A stretch of 64,000 bases of DNA from a virus (IMGVR_UViG_3300021091_005099:1-64000), one strand, 5' to 3'. Numbered from the stretch's first letter, positions 41,388 to 51,031 are shown. Numbers and translations: made by a program. The notes: generated from the letters alone by a model not told the origin.

Positions 41388-42678
41388 ACCAAACCAAGGC
41401 AATAAAACTTTTTGCATGGCTCCCTGGACCCACACCTATCTATCGCCGCAGACAGAGCGTAGGATCTGTTGCGCCTCGAGGGAGAATGCACAGAGTTTTC
41501 GTCAATACATCGACAGGCATGGAGACTTGAAGGATTATCAGCCTCAAACTTTGGACCAACATTGGAACAACGAGCACATGAAAAGTGTAAGGACTAGAAT
41601 GATGTCCGGTGAGACATTGGCAGAATGTCAGGTGTGCAACGACAAATTACTCAATACCGACGTGTATCGTGACTATTTCAATCATCTGTTCCGCAACAAG
41701 ATTGACGATGCTTTTGAAAAGACCGACGACACCGGATACACTGAGATGAAGACTGTGAGTTTTGATTATAGATTTAATAATCTTTGTAATTTCAAATGCC
41801 GGCAATGCGGTGATATGTTAAGTTCAAGCTGGGAATCAGAACAAAGAAGCCATGATATGTGGTCCCCGGAGAGGCAGCCCTGGATGGCAGCGCCACTGAG
41901 ACAACAGATCTCATATTTTCAAGACAGCACCGTGGTGTTAGAGTTCATGAATGCAATAGAGGACAAGCGCATGGAGGAGATATATTGGGTTGGTGGAGAG
42001 CCCTTGATGTGGGACATACACTGGACAGCAATGGACAGAATCATTCAATTAAAATTCAGCGACAGGGTATACGTAAGATACAACACTAACCTAAGTCGCA
42101 CACAATTCAAGGGCAAAAAACTTTTCGATCTTCTTGGACATTTCAGAGATTGGCAGGTCTGTGCGTCACTAGATGGCACAGGAGAAATAGGAGAATACAT
42201 AAGGACCGGACTTGACTATGAAAAATTTCTAGCAAATTTCAAGGAGGGACTATCAGTTGCCCGAAATAAAAGACAGATGCAGTTAGACTTCACGATAACC
42301 ATGCCCGGAATGCAGGAGATACGTAGCATGTTTGACCTATCGCAGCAATTGAACGCTAAACTATTGACCAAGGTTACCTTTGCTTTTGACTCACAGCAGA
42401 TTATGTCTCCCATGTGTCTGCCAAAGCCGCTTTTGCATCAACTGATCGATGAAAATTTAGATTACATTAAACCAAGAGCGACTGCTATGCAAAAGAGCTT
42501 AGTAGATGTGCTAGAAAACATGAAGACACGTCCAACTTTCTGGGAGGAGTACCCAAAAGCAGAAATAGGTATCCGCTCAGGAAAAAAAAGATGTGAAAAA
42601 ATTGACACGATACGTGGAACAGATATAAAAAAAATATTGATAGACGAAAGATTATTAGAATGGTGGAAAAATATCTAA
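41374..42678 (+). CDS. Radical SAM protein with N-terminal twitch domain (4)
   Basis: FCMAPW...RICC...ECQVC; CNFKCRQC; WVGGEP; YNTN; start refined to ATG 41374. Confidence 0.9.
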   Translation: MKRLKPNQGNKTFCMAPWTHTYLSPQTERRICCASRENAQSFRQYIDRHGDLKDYQPQTLDQHWNNEHMKSVRTRMMSGETLAECQVCNDKLLNTDVYRDYFNHLFRNKIDDAFEKTDDTGYTEMKTVSFDYRFNNLCNFKCRQCGDMLSSSWESEQRSHDMWSPERQPWMAAPLRQQISYFQDSTVVLEFMNAIEDKRMEEIYWVGGEPLMWDIHWTAMDRIIQLKFSDRVYVRYNTNLSRTQFKGKKLFDLLGHFRDWQVCASLDGTGEIGEYIRTGLDYEKFLANFKEGLSVARNKRQMQLDFTITMPGMQEIRSMFDLSQQLNAKLLTKVTFAFDSQQIMSPMCLPKPLLHQLIDENLDYIKPRATAMQKSLVDVLENMKTRPTFWEEYPKAEIGIRSGKKRCEKIDTIRGTDIKKILIDERLLEWWKNI

Positions 42679-43829
42679 AATCTAACTTATGTGTGCTGCC
42701 GTGGACTTCCTTGGAAGTTGACGTGAATGGCTCTGCGTCACCTTGTTGCCTATACAAAGGAGAAATAGGTGATTTCAAAGTTTACAAAGACGATCTACAT
42801 AAAATACAAAATTCAAAATACATGAATGAGTTGAGAGATCAATTCCGCAATGGCGAACGTCCCGCAGGTTGTACCAGTTGTTGGCAGGAAGAGGATGCGG
42901 GCAAAATATCAAAGAGAATGAACAGCTATTATAAAATGAAAAATAGTTTGAATGGGTGGACCCCAGAATCAAAACCATCTCTTAAATTTATTGATTTCAA
43001 ATTGGGCAATATATGCAATCTCAAATGCCGCATATGTGGCAGTTACAGCAGTTCCAAATGGGCCCAGGAAGAATTAGATTATGGCGCGAATCCCGTCGCC
43101 AAACAAAACCTAGATTCTGGCCAATGGCCCAAACGTAATCCTGCCTTTTTCGAAGACATCAAACCCGTGTTGAAAGATGTGGAGTACTTTGAATTCACGG
43201 GCGGTGAACCCATGATGATAGAAAATCATTTCAAGATATTGGAGCATTGCATTGAAAATGAATATTCAAAAAAGCAATATCTACATTACAACACCAATGG
43301 CACCAAGTGTCCACCATTGAAAGTGTTTTGGATGTGGAGCCAATTTAAGAACGTTGAGATAGCATTCAGTATCGACGATACCGAGGCAGCTTTCGAATAC
43401 CAGAGACATCCAGCAAGCTGGCAAGAGGTGCAAGACAATTTAAAGGAGTACAAAAACTTTGTGGGCAGCAACAACATTGATTTTCAAATATGCTCGACTA
43501 TAAACATTTTCAACATTCTAAGTTTAGATAGATTATTATATTGGGTGAAAGAATTCAATCCAAAATATTTTCATGTGAATACGCTGTTTGCTCCGGACTG
43601 CTTTAACATTCAAACATTGCCCAAGCAGCTCAAAAAAGTTGTGACAGAAAAATACCAACATCTACCTCCCTACAGGTCCATAATCAATTTTATGAACATG
43701 TCGGACAGGCATTCTCATGAAATGGACGCGGAAAGGAAAAGAAGGATAAGACGGACAGATGAGTATAGGCAAGAAAAATTTTCTGAAATATTTCCAGCGT
43801 TAAATAATTTTTTAAGGATATATGAATAA
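42660..43829 (+). CDS. Radical SAM protein with N-terminal twitch domain (5)
   Basis: LCVLPW...SPCC...GCTSCW; CNLKCRIC; FTGGEP; YNTNG. Confidence 0.9.
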   Translation: MVEKYLKSNLCVLPWTSLEVDVNGSASPCCLYKGEIGDFKVYKDDLHKIQNSKYMNELRDQFRNGERPAGCTSCWQEEDAGKISKRMNSYYKMKNSLNGWTPESKPSLKFIDFKLGNICNLKCRICGSYSSSKWAQEELDYGANPVAKQNLDSGQWPKRNPAFFEDIKPVLKDVEYFEFTGGEPMMIENHFKILEHCIENEYSKKQYLHYNTNGTKCPPLKVFWMWSQFKNVEIAFSIDDTEAAFEYQRHPASWQEVQDNLKEYKNFVGSNNIDFQICSTINIFNILSLDRLLYWVKEFNPKYFHVNTLFAPDCFNIQTLPKQLKKVVTEKYQHLPPYRSIINFMNMSDRHSHEMDAERKRRIRRTDEYRQEKFSEIFPALNNFLRIYE

Positions 43830-44613
43830 AATTTTACTGGCAGGTGGATGCAGTTTCACTTTTGGTAACGAATTGAGCGATGATAATGGAAAAAATCCAT
43901 CCGCAAAATCCTGGTCGGCTCTACTGGCCAAAGAAACAAATGCCAAATATATTTGCGTGGCGAAGCCAGGAATAGGCAACTCTGCAATAGCAAGGAGGAT
44001 CTTTTCCTATGTTTCATCCAATCCCACCAAGGACGTCTTTGTTACCGCCATGTGGAGTTTCTTATCACGCTATGATTGGGCCATGCCAAGACACCATGTT
44101 CTTGAAGGGACTAGATGGGCCTCAATCACGCCATGGGACACTTCCGACAATCAGGCAGAAGTACAAAAAACATTGTGCACCAGTGAGCCCCAATTGGAGG
44201 AATGGAAAAGGCGCAGGGAGGACATGAAGAGCACAGGAGTTGGGCCGTTCGCTGATGCCCTTTATCGTCACGCCGCGAACCAATATCACGAAGCATATCT
44301 CAGCTGGAAGAGCATCGTGTGGCTGCAGAATATCTTGGAAAAGAAAGATGTGCCCTACATGTTCACTTTGGCTGATAACAGTTTATTTTGGCAAGGGTTT
44401 GAGCCATTGCATGCAGTTGATTCTTTGCTGAATGGTCTATATAATGAAATAAATTTTGATAAATGGATTTTTTTTGGAGATAGGCAAATGGGATTCAATC
44501 AATGGTCAATAATGAAAGAATATCCTCGGGCCACCACGCATCCGCTTGATTTGGCACACGCTGATGCAGTGGCACTTATACGCAATAAATTTTTAAAATT
44601 GTATCAACAATAG
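43822..44613 (+). CDS. SGNH/GDSL hydrolase-like protein
   Basis: Block I AGGCSFTFG, block II AKPGIGN, C-terminal THP...H. Confidence 0.65.
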   Translation: MNKILLAGGCSFTFGNELSDDNGKNPSAKSWSALLAKETNAKYICVAKPGIGNSAIARRIFSYVSSNPTKDVFVTAMWSFLSRYDWAMPRHHVLEGTRWASITPWDTSDNQAEVQKTLCTSEPQLEEWKRRREDMKSTGVGPFADALYRHAANQYHEAYLSWKSIVWLQNILEKKDVPYMFTLADNSLFWQGFEPLHAVDSLLNGLYNEINFDKWIFFGDRQMGFNQWSIMKEYPRATTHPLDLAHADAVALIRNKFLKLYQQ

Positions 44614-44621
44614 GAGAAAAT

Positions 44622-44726
44622 ATGTTCAATTGGTTAAAATCTTTAATACAAAGAATAAAATTAGAAAGACAGTACCGCAAACGTTTGAAAGAATTAAGAA
44701 AGAAAGATCCCTTCATATACAAGTAA
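44622..44726 (+). CDS. 34-aa basic peptide MFNWLKSLIQRIKLERQYRKRLKELRKKDPFIYK, not in the ORF track
   Basis: SD AGGAG; the stop lies 1 nt before the carbamoyltransferase ATG. Confidence 0.75.
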   Translation: MFNWLKSLIQRIKLERQYRKRLKELRKKDPFIYK

Positions 44727-44727
44727 A

Positions 44728-46194
44728 ATGAGAACTCTGGGAATAAATTGCCTGAATCATGACGCAGCCATGGCTGTAATCGATGGAGGCGAGATATTAT
44801 GGGCCGCGCACTCGGAAAGATATAGCAAAATAAAAAATGATGAATATCTTAACTGGGATATAGTGAACGAGGCCAAGTTGTTTGGGCCATGGGATCGCGT
44901 GGTTTATTACGAAAAACCCATATTGAAAAAAACGAGGCAGATTTACGCGGGGCAATGGGCCGAAGTCTTCAATCGAGCCAACATGCCACAAAGTTACCTG
45001 CAAAATTTTAACATCAAAATAGATCAATATTGCGGGCATCACGAATCTCATGCGGCGGGAGGCTTCTATACGTCACCTTTTAATGAGGCAATGGTGCTTA
45101 CGGTTGACGCCATAGGAGAATGGGAAACCACCACGATATGGCAGGCAAGTGACAAAAAATTAGAGAAGTGTTACAGCATGAAGTATCCACATTCGTTGGG
45201 AGTGCTTTATTCTGCATTTACCCAGCGTGTTGGATTGAAACCCGCAGAAGAAGAATATATTTTGATGGGAATGTCTGCGTATGGACAACCAAAATATGTT
45301 TCTAACATTTACAAAGATCTGTTGCAATGGGACGGAGATTTTATCTTAAAAAAAAATTTGCATAGAGGACTTGGCGATTGGCTGCCGGAAGCGGATTCGA
45401 TGGACTTGGCGGCAAGCATACAGCAAGTTATGGAGCTGGAATTAGAGAAACTATGGAGAAAGGCACGCAAGCACATATCTGTTGGGCATGCAAGGAATTT
45501 GGTTTATGGTGGTGGCGTGGCACTGAATTGTGTGGCGAACACCAAGTTGGCGGATTTGGATCTATTCGATAACATATGGATCATGCCCAATCCCGGAGAT
45601 GCCGGCAGCTCCATAGGCTGCATCGCGGCCGCTGAACGTAAACACATCAATTGGCGTCATCCTTTCCTTGGGCACCGCATAGAGGGCGAATATCCTGTAG
45701 ATAGCATTATAAAGGAATTGGAAACCAATCGCATGGTGGGTGTGGCCAACGGCCGGGCAGAGTTTGGTCCAAGGGCGCTTGGTAATAGATCTTTGCTGGC
45801 CGATCCCAGAGGCAACGACATAAAGGATTTGGTAAATCAAATCAAAAAAAGACAGGAATTTCGACCATTTGCGCCGGCCATATTGGAGGAGGATCTAAGA
45901 GACTATTTTGAGGTTCCTAAGTGCGTTGTAAACACCCCTTATATGCAATTTATAGGCATTTGCAAGCATGGTAAAGACTTTCCTGCCATAATACATCATG
46001 ACGGCACCAGCCGTGTGCAAACAGTGAATAAAACAGACAATCCGGGCTTTTACCAACTGTTAAAAACATGGAAGGAAAAGACCGGCTGTCCCATGCTGCT
46101 GAACACATCTCTCAACATCAAAGGTGAGCCCATTGTGAATGATAGTTTGGATGCAAAACGTTTCGAAACCAAGTATAATGTGAAAGTGCTATGA
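44728..46194 (+). CDS. O-carbamoyltransferase, NodU/CmcH/TobZ family
   Basis: HDAAMA...SERYSKIKND; HHESHAA; LMGMSAYG; GGVALNC; PGDAG; EFGPRALGNRSLLADP; FRPFAP; LLNTSLN. Confidence 0.93.
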   Translation: MRTLGINCLNHDAAMAVIDGGEILWAAHSERYSKIKNDEYLNWDIVNEAKLFGPWDRVVYYEKPILKKTRQIYAGQWAEVFNRANMPQSYLQNFNIKIDQYCGHHESHAAGGFYTSPFNEAMVLTVDAIGEWETTTIWQASDKKLEKCYSMKYPHSLGVLYSAFTQRVGLKPAEEEYILMGMSAYGQPKYVSNIYKDLLQWDGDFILKKNLHRGLGDWLPEADSMDLAASIQQVMELELEKLWRKARKHISVGHARNLVYGGGVALNCVANTKLADLDLFDNIWIMPNPGDAGSSIGCIAAAERKHINWRHPFLGHRIEGEYPVDSIIKELETNRMVGVANGRAEFGPRALGNRSLLADPRGNDIKDLVNQIKKRQEFRPFAPAILEEDLRDYFEVPKCVVNTPYMQFIGICKHGKDFPAIIHHDGTSRVQTVNKTDNPGFYQLLKTWKEKTGCPMLLNTSLNIKGEPIVNDSLDAKRFETKYNVKVL

Positions 46195-46523
46195 AAATAG
46201 AAGGTAATTTTGAAGTTGGCGGAACCATTGTCAAGCAGGATGATCGCTATGTGGTCAAGGACAATAACCTGTTGAAGAATTTGATCTTGAGCAGCACCAG
46301 GCTCAATCCAGGCAAGCAGACCACTGGTCATAGACATGCCGGGCAGGAGGAGGTGTACTTGTTCGTGGAAGGCAATGGTGAAATGCTGTTGGATGATAGG
46401 CGCTTTCCAGTGAGCAAGGGAGATATAGTGTTGATAGAAGACGGAGTTTTCCATAGAGTTTACAACACCACTGAATCGGAGCTCTATTTCGTTTGCGTGT
46501 TTGATGGCAGGAGGACGATATGA
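46191..46523 (+). CDS. Cupin-domain protein
   Basis: GHRHAGQEEVYLFVEG...GDIVLIEDGVFHRVYN. Confidence 0.85.
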   Translation: MKIEGNFEVGGTIVKQDDRYVVKDNNLLKNLILSSTRLNPGKQTTGHRHAGQEEVYLFVEGNGEMLLDDRRFPVSKGDIVLIEDGVFHRVYNTTESELYFVCVFDGRRTI

Positions 46524-47488
46524 AAATATTTGTTACTGGAGGAGAAGGTTTTATAGGCAGCTGGATTGTGGAAAAATTAAGCAACAATGGACATGAGGTA
46601 GGCACTATGGACAATCTTGATACCTATGGAGTGATAAGCGAGAATAAACTTGATCAATTGTGTAGATGGAGGAGACGCAACTGGAAAAAGGTAACGAGAT
46701 TTTTCGGCAATGTTAATAGTCCAGAATCCTATTATCTTTTGACTCCAAAGAATGCACTCAAGGCGATGCAGGAATCGGAGGTTGTGATACACCTGGCATC
46801 TTTTCCCAGGGCCAAAATAGTCAACGAAGATCCGCAGCAAGGTGTCAATAATATTGTGGGCGGTACAACTAACATGCTGAATCTGTGTAAGTGCACCAAA
46901 GTTAAAAGATTTGTTTTTGTGTCCTCCAGCATGATCTATGGAAATTTCAAAGATGGCACTAAAGAGGACATGCCTGCCAGCCCAATTAATGTTTATGGGC
47001 AAGCAAAACTTGCTGCAGAAAAAATGACTGAATTATTTGGCAGGGTACATGGACTGGAATACGTCATCGTGCGGCCCAGTGGAGTGTATGGGCCAGGAGA
47101 TATTCCAGATAGAGTCTTGAGCAAGTTTTTTGACGCCGCCATGCGAGGTAAAGATATTGTGGTCCATGATAAGCGCAACAAAGTTGACTTCACATATGTG
47201 GAGGACGCGGCCGATGGCATCATCAGTTGTGCCCTTGGTAAACAAGCCGCGAATAAAATATTCAATATCACTGCCGGCGGTGCGACCAGTTTGGGAGAAG
47301 CGGCAGAGAAGATTATTAAATTGACCGGCAGCAGCAGCAAAATAAAAGACACAGGCCAGAATAGTCTGTATCCTGAAAGAGGCACACTTGATATATCTTC
47401 GGCCGTGAAATTACTGAAATACAAACCCAAACACAGTTTTGAACAGGGAATAAAAAAATATTATGAATGGTTACAAGATAAAATTTAA
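46520..47488 (+). CDS. NAD-dependent NDP-sugar epimerase/dehydratase
   Basis: TGGEGFIG; FVSSSMIYG; YGQAK (YxxxK); VYGPG; DFTYVED. Confidence 0.9.
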   Translation: MKIFVTGGEGFIGSWIVEKLSNNGHEVGTMDNLDTYGVISENKLDQLCRWRRRNWKKVTRFFGNVNSPESYYLLTPKNALKAMQESEVVIHLASFPRAKIVNEDPQQGVNNIVGGTTNMLNLCKCTKVKRFVFVSSSMIYGNFKDGTKEDMPASPINVYGQAKLAAEKMTELFGRVHGLEYVIVRPSGVYGPGDIPDRVLSKFFDAAMRGKDIVVHDKRNKVDFTYVEDAADGIISCALGKQAANKIFNITAGGATSLGEAAEKIIKLTGSSSKIKDTGQNSLYPERGTLDISSAVKLLKYKPKHSFEQGIKKYYEWLQDKI

Positions 47489-48524
47489 TGGTCTTGAACG
47501 TATCTATGATCGTTACAAGCAGGAACTGGATGAACAAGCTCGGAAGTCCTGGCAGTCAGGACAGGCAATCCTGGGCGAGCAGACTGAAAAACTGCAACAC
47601 AACATAGCCAAAAAATACGGAAGGCGATACGCGGTTGCGGTTGGCAGCGCGACAGATGGAGTGTATTTTGCCCTAAGGTCATCTGGCATCGGCCGGGGAA
47701 ATAAAGTTTTTTGCCCGGTGCTCAGCTATGTGGCCACCTCAGGAGCTATACGCAGGGCTGGCAGCGAGATCAGATTTATCGACACAGACGGCTACGGCAA
47801 CATAGGAAATTTTCCTTTTGGAGAGAGACCAGATGCCTTGGTGTATGTCAATCTGTATGGCAACACGGCAGATTATGACAGAATAAAATCATTCTGCCAG
47901 GAGAATAAAGTTGTATTGATAGAGGATGCCGCACAATCTCAAGGGGCGTATTATAGAGACATTCCCTCCGGAGCCATGGGAGACGTCAGCGTGTTCTCGT
48001 TCGATCCCATGAAGAACATGCCCAGCTTCGGTTCTGGTGGCATGGTGCTCACAGATGACGAGCTGGTGTGCAGGCGGGTGATGTCTCTCAGGAGACATGC
48101 CGTCAAGAGCGACGACTTCGATCATGGATACAACAGCGTAATATCAGAAGATCATGCCGGACAGCTCAACGTTTTGTTGTATCACTATGATGAGCTGCAG
48201 ATGGATCGTGAGCGCGTTGCACTCAGATATTATTCTAACCTGCCGAAAAGTATTTTCATACGCGGAGATGGAAAAAATAAAAGTAGCTACCATAAATTGG
48301 TCATGCTGTCCGAGCACAGGAATGAGCTTAAAGAACATCTTGAACAGCAGGGCATAGAAACAAAAATACATTACGCGGAAATACTGGACCCTGCCAATTT
48401 GGGTTTTTACCCTGTGGCAGAAAATATATGCAGAGGTGCCCTTAGCATGCCAATATATCCGTTTCTAAGCGATGACGAAATAGATTACATATGCGATAAG
48501 ATCGAGGATTTTTATGGCGTTTGA
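47463..48524 (+). CDS. DegT/DnrJ/EryC1/StrS family PLP-dependent sugar aminotransferase
   Basis: AVGSATDG; IEDAAQSQG; FSFDPMKN...GGMV; LSMPIYP. Confidence 0.92.
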   Translation: MNGYKIKFNGLERIYDRYKQELDEQARKSWQSGQAILGEQTEKLQHNIAKKYGRRYAVAVGSATDGVYFALRSSGIGRGNKVFCPVLSYVATSGAIRRAGSEIRFIDTDGYGNIGNFPFGERPDALVYVNLYGNTADYDRIKSFCQENKVVLIEDAAQSQGAYYRDIPSGAMGDVSVFSFDPMKNMPSFGSGGMVLTDDELVCRRVMSLRRHAVKSDDFDHGYNSVISEDHAGQLNVLLYHYDELQMDRERVALRYYSNLPKSIFIRGDGKNKSSYHKLVMLSEHRNELKEHLEQQGIETKIHYAEILDPANLGFYPVAENICRGALSMPIYPFLSDDEIDYICDKIEDFYGV

Positions 48525-49815
48525 TTGTATTTGTGTTGATTTTCAAAACGCCACGGAAAATTTAAAAATCATCAAAGATCGCATGCCCCAGGCAAGGGTG
48601 ATACCTTTTGTCAACAGCTACATGGAAATTTTGCGATCCATGGTCAGAGACTCAAGGACCTCACAGGTATGGATGCTGTCAACTCTTGTGGACTACAGCA
48701 CATTTGATTTTGATTACATTCCAGAACAACACCAAGACAGACAGCTACATGTGTGGGCCAGCGCGGGGCAGAAGGAAGGGGACACGCTATTAATACCACG
48801 GGATGATTTTTTAAAACAGGAAGTACATTTGAAATTTCTAAGAGATTACACCGACATCAATTACCATGACTCTGCTCTGTGCTACTCGGCATGGCCTACG
48901 AGGCAGTTCAAGTTCGATGACTTGATTGAACAGGTGCGGGTGCAGAAAGAGCTGTATGTGAATTATTATTACAGAGATCCTGTTCAGCATGTGCCTTCAT
49001 TTTGGGAGGACATCAAGTTATATTGTTTGAACAGCAATAGATTAAATCTTTTGGTTCCAAGATTCTTCGTAAGGGAAGAATTACATGAATACTCACCAAA
49101 GCTATTGTCAAACGAGGCATCTGGTGGTCTGTATTTTGATATCGTGTTCATACATAACAATGAACCTCAACACAGAGAAAATTATGAAGCCCTGCTGTCA
49201 GCCACCAAAGGAAAACCAAACGCTGTGAAGATAGTGGCAGGAGTTTCCGGTAGGAACCAGGCCTATCGCGCTGCGGCCAATATCAGCGACACCGAGTATT
49301 TCTATGCGGTGTTCGCCAAGATAAGAACAAATCCTAATTTTGGGTTTGATTTCACGCCTGACACCCTTAAATCTCCTAGGCATTACATATTCGACTGCTA
49401 CAACCCTGTCATAGATTACACGTATGGACATCAGGCCATAATACTATACAACAAGAAAATGGTTTTGCAAAACCCAGGCACGGGACTAGATTTCACACTA
49501 TCTCAAAAGCATGATCATGTGAAGTTATTAAGTGCTGAAACCACCTTTCATCTTGATCCGCAAGTGGCATACAGGACTGCATTCAGAGAAGTGGTGAAAC
49601 TGCTTTACGCCCAAAAGATGCAGCCCACAGTGGAAGGCAATCATATTTTACTTAAATGGTACACAGAGTCTGACAAGCATAACTCAAGTTATGTGCGTGC
49701 TGCCTATGAAGATGCCGTGTCTTTTGTGAAACAATACGCGGGTGATTTTGAAAAGTTATTACAAAGTTATGAGTGGGAATATGTTGATAGTCTATATCAG
49801 CAACGATACAATTAA
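48514..49815 (+). CDS. Glycosyltransferase-like protein (paralog of 36479, DxD lost)
   Basis: C-terminal half DIVFIHNNEP...ENY...VAGVSGRNQAYRAAA...FYAVFAK...AYRTAFREVVKL aligns with the 36479 gene. Confidence 0.6.
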   Translation: MAFDCICVDFQNATENLKIIKDRMPQARVIPFVNSYMEILRSMVRDSRTSQVWMLSTLVDYSTFDFDYIPEQHQDRQLHVWASAGQKEGDTLLIPRDDFLKQEVHLKFLRDYTDINYHDSALCYSAWPTRQFKFDDLIEQVRVQKELYVNYYYRDPVQHVPSFWEDIKLYCLNSNRLNLLVPRFFVREELHEYSPKLLSNEASGGLYFDIVFIHNNEPQHRENYEALLSATKGKPNAVKIVAGVSGRNQAYRAAANISDTEYFYAVFAKIRTNPNFGFDFTPDTLKSPRHYIFDCYNPVIDYTYGHQAIILYNKKMVLQNPGTGLDFTLSQKHDHVKLLSAETTFHLDPQVAYRTAFREVVKLLYAQKMQPTVEGNHILLKWYTESDKHNSSYVRAAYEDAVSFVKQYAGDFEKLLQSYEWEYVDSLYQQRYN

Positions 49816-50159
49816 TCTTTAAAAGTTTTATCTAACAGGTTGTTTGTTTTGGATTCGATATCGTGTTTTAATTTAGGGATATCGAATTTCAATTCCACAT
49901 GCTTGATGTTAGGATAGTTATTGTTGATAAATTTTTTCACTGTCTGGGCTACTTGTATCTCAGTTTTCTTTGCGGCCAATTCTTTTTCTACATCATAATG
50001 TATTGTCACATGATTTTTCAAAGTTATGTCGCACCATCTCACGTATCCTATTGGCATGTTGCTGTACGAAATGCCTTCTAGCACCTCAGGCCATTCTTTG
50101 ACAAACTCAGATGTCAACTGCACCCAGGTCTGTTTAGCTCTTGGCAGCTTGCTGGCCAT
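49812..50159 (-). CDS. Hypothetical protein
   Basis: 115-aa ORF containing VKEWPEVL. Confidence 0.65.
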   Translation of the reverse strand: MASKLPRAKQTWVQLTSEFVKEWPEVLEGISYSNMPIGYVRWCDITLKNHVTIHYDVEKELAAKKTEIQVAQTVKKFINNNYPNIKHVELKFDIPKLKHDIESKTNNLLDKTFKD

Positions 50160-50164
50160 TGTTG

Positions 50165-50656
50165 CTATTTTTTTTTGTTCTTTGATTTTGGCTTGTCCTC
50201 TGCCACAGATAGGTCTTTTAGTGAAACTTTCATATCATCTGCCAGCAGCTGATTTAATTTGTCCAAAGGTATTCTGCCATTCTTATCTGGCCCATACGTG
50301 ACTATCACGTCCTTGGTAGGCATCTTCTTAATGTAATTTTCTTCATGTAAGAAAGACAGCATATTGATATCTCCCGGAAAGTTGCACTTGGCCAGGTATG
50401 TGCCTAGGTCAAATGCGGCCTGTCCGTCAGAACTTTCAAGGCTGCGCATCAAAGCGTCTCTGTAGTTTAAGTTTAAAAAGTTTGGACCAATCACTAAACA
50501 GTTTTCTGGTTCTTTTGGAACCATTTTAAAGACTATGACCACCGGCGCATTGTCAGCAGCCAACACTCCTAGGTGTTTGAAATATCTCTTAGGCTGACTG
50601 TTGGCCTGTCCAACTCCGGTGGCGTCCATGACCAATCTATCATAAAGATTTAGCAT
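50165..50656 (-). CDS. Hypothetical protein
   Basis: 163-aa ORF; FKHLG...VVIVFKMVP..PENCLV. Confidence 0.65.
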   Translation of the reverse strand: MLNLYDRLVMDATGVGQANSQPKRYFKHLGVLAADNAPVVIVFKMVPKEPENCLVIGPNFLNLNYRDALMRSLESSDGQAAFDLGTYLAKCNFPGDINMLSFLHEENYIKKMPTKDVIVTYGPDKNGRIPLDKLNQLLADDMKVSLKDLSVAEDKPKSKNKKK

Positions 50657-50659
50657 TTT

Positions 50660-50971
50660 TTACCTTCCAGCAGGAACTGGATTTTCTGTTTTCTTCGCAG
50701 CTTCCTCGGGCTTAGGTTCTGGTGCCACCTTGGCCAGGAATGCCTGTAGTTTGTTATAGATCAATCCCACGGTGGCCATCTCATTGGCTCTGAATGCACC
50801 TCTCGTGGATGCTACGTCCATTACAAGTGCAATATTCCGCAAATCACCGATGTTGAGATCGGTAGCAGGCTGACCCATTGCAGGTTGCTGTGCCGTTGGT
50901 GCGGTCTGAGCCTGAGCAGTCGCTTTTGGCGCTGAAGATTCAGTTTCTTTTTTTGTTTTTTTTGTTGCCAT
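50660..50971 (-). CDS. Hypothetical protein
   Basis: SD AGGAG then MATKK; DVASTRGAFRANEM core. Confidence 0.7.
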   Translation of the reverse strand: MATKKTKKETESSAPKATAQAQTAPTAQQPAMGQPATDLNIGDLRNIALVMDVASTRGAFRANEMATVGLIYNKLQAFLAKVAPEPKPEEAAKKTENPVPAGR

Positions 50972-50999
50972 TTTTTCTCCTAATTGCAATTAGAATACA

Positions 51000-51028
51000 A
51001 TTGTAACAAAATTAGTTAGCGAGGTCAA
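51000..51028 (-). promoter_or_regulatory. Sigma70-type promoter TTGACC-N17-TACAAT (extended -10)
   Basis: Reverse strand reads ttgacc tcgctaactaattttgt tacaat. Confidence 0.6.
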
Positions 51029-51031
51029 TGC

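Noticed and set aside
37362-44726. RiPP (ranthipeptide/sactipeptide) cluster
   Set aside because: No Cys-rich or leader-core precursor, peptidase or exporter is visible, and the neighbours are sugar enzymes. Kept only as a minor alternative.
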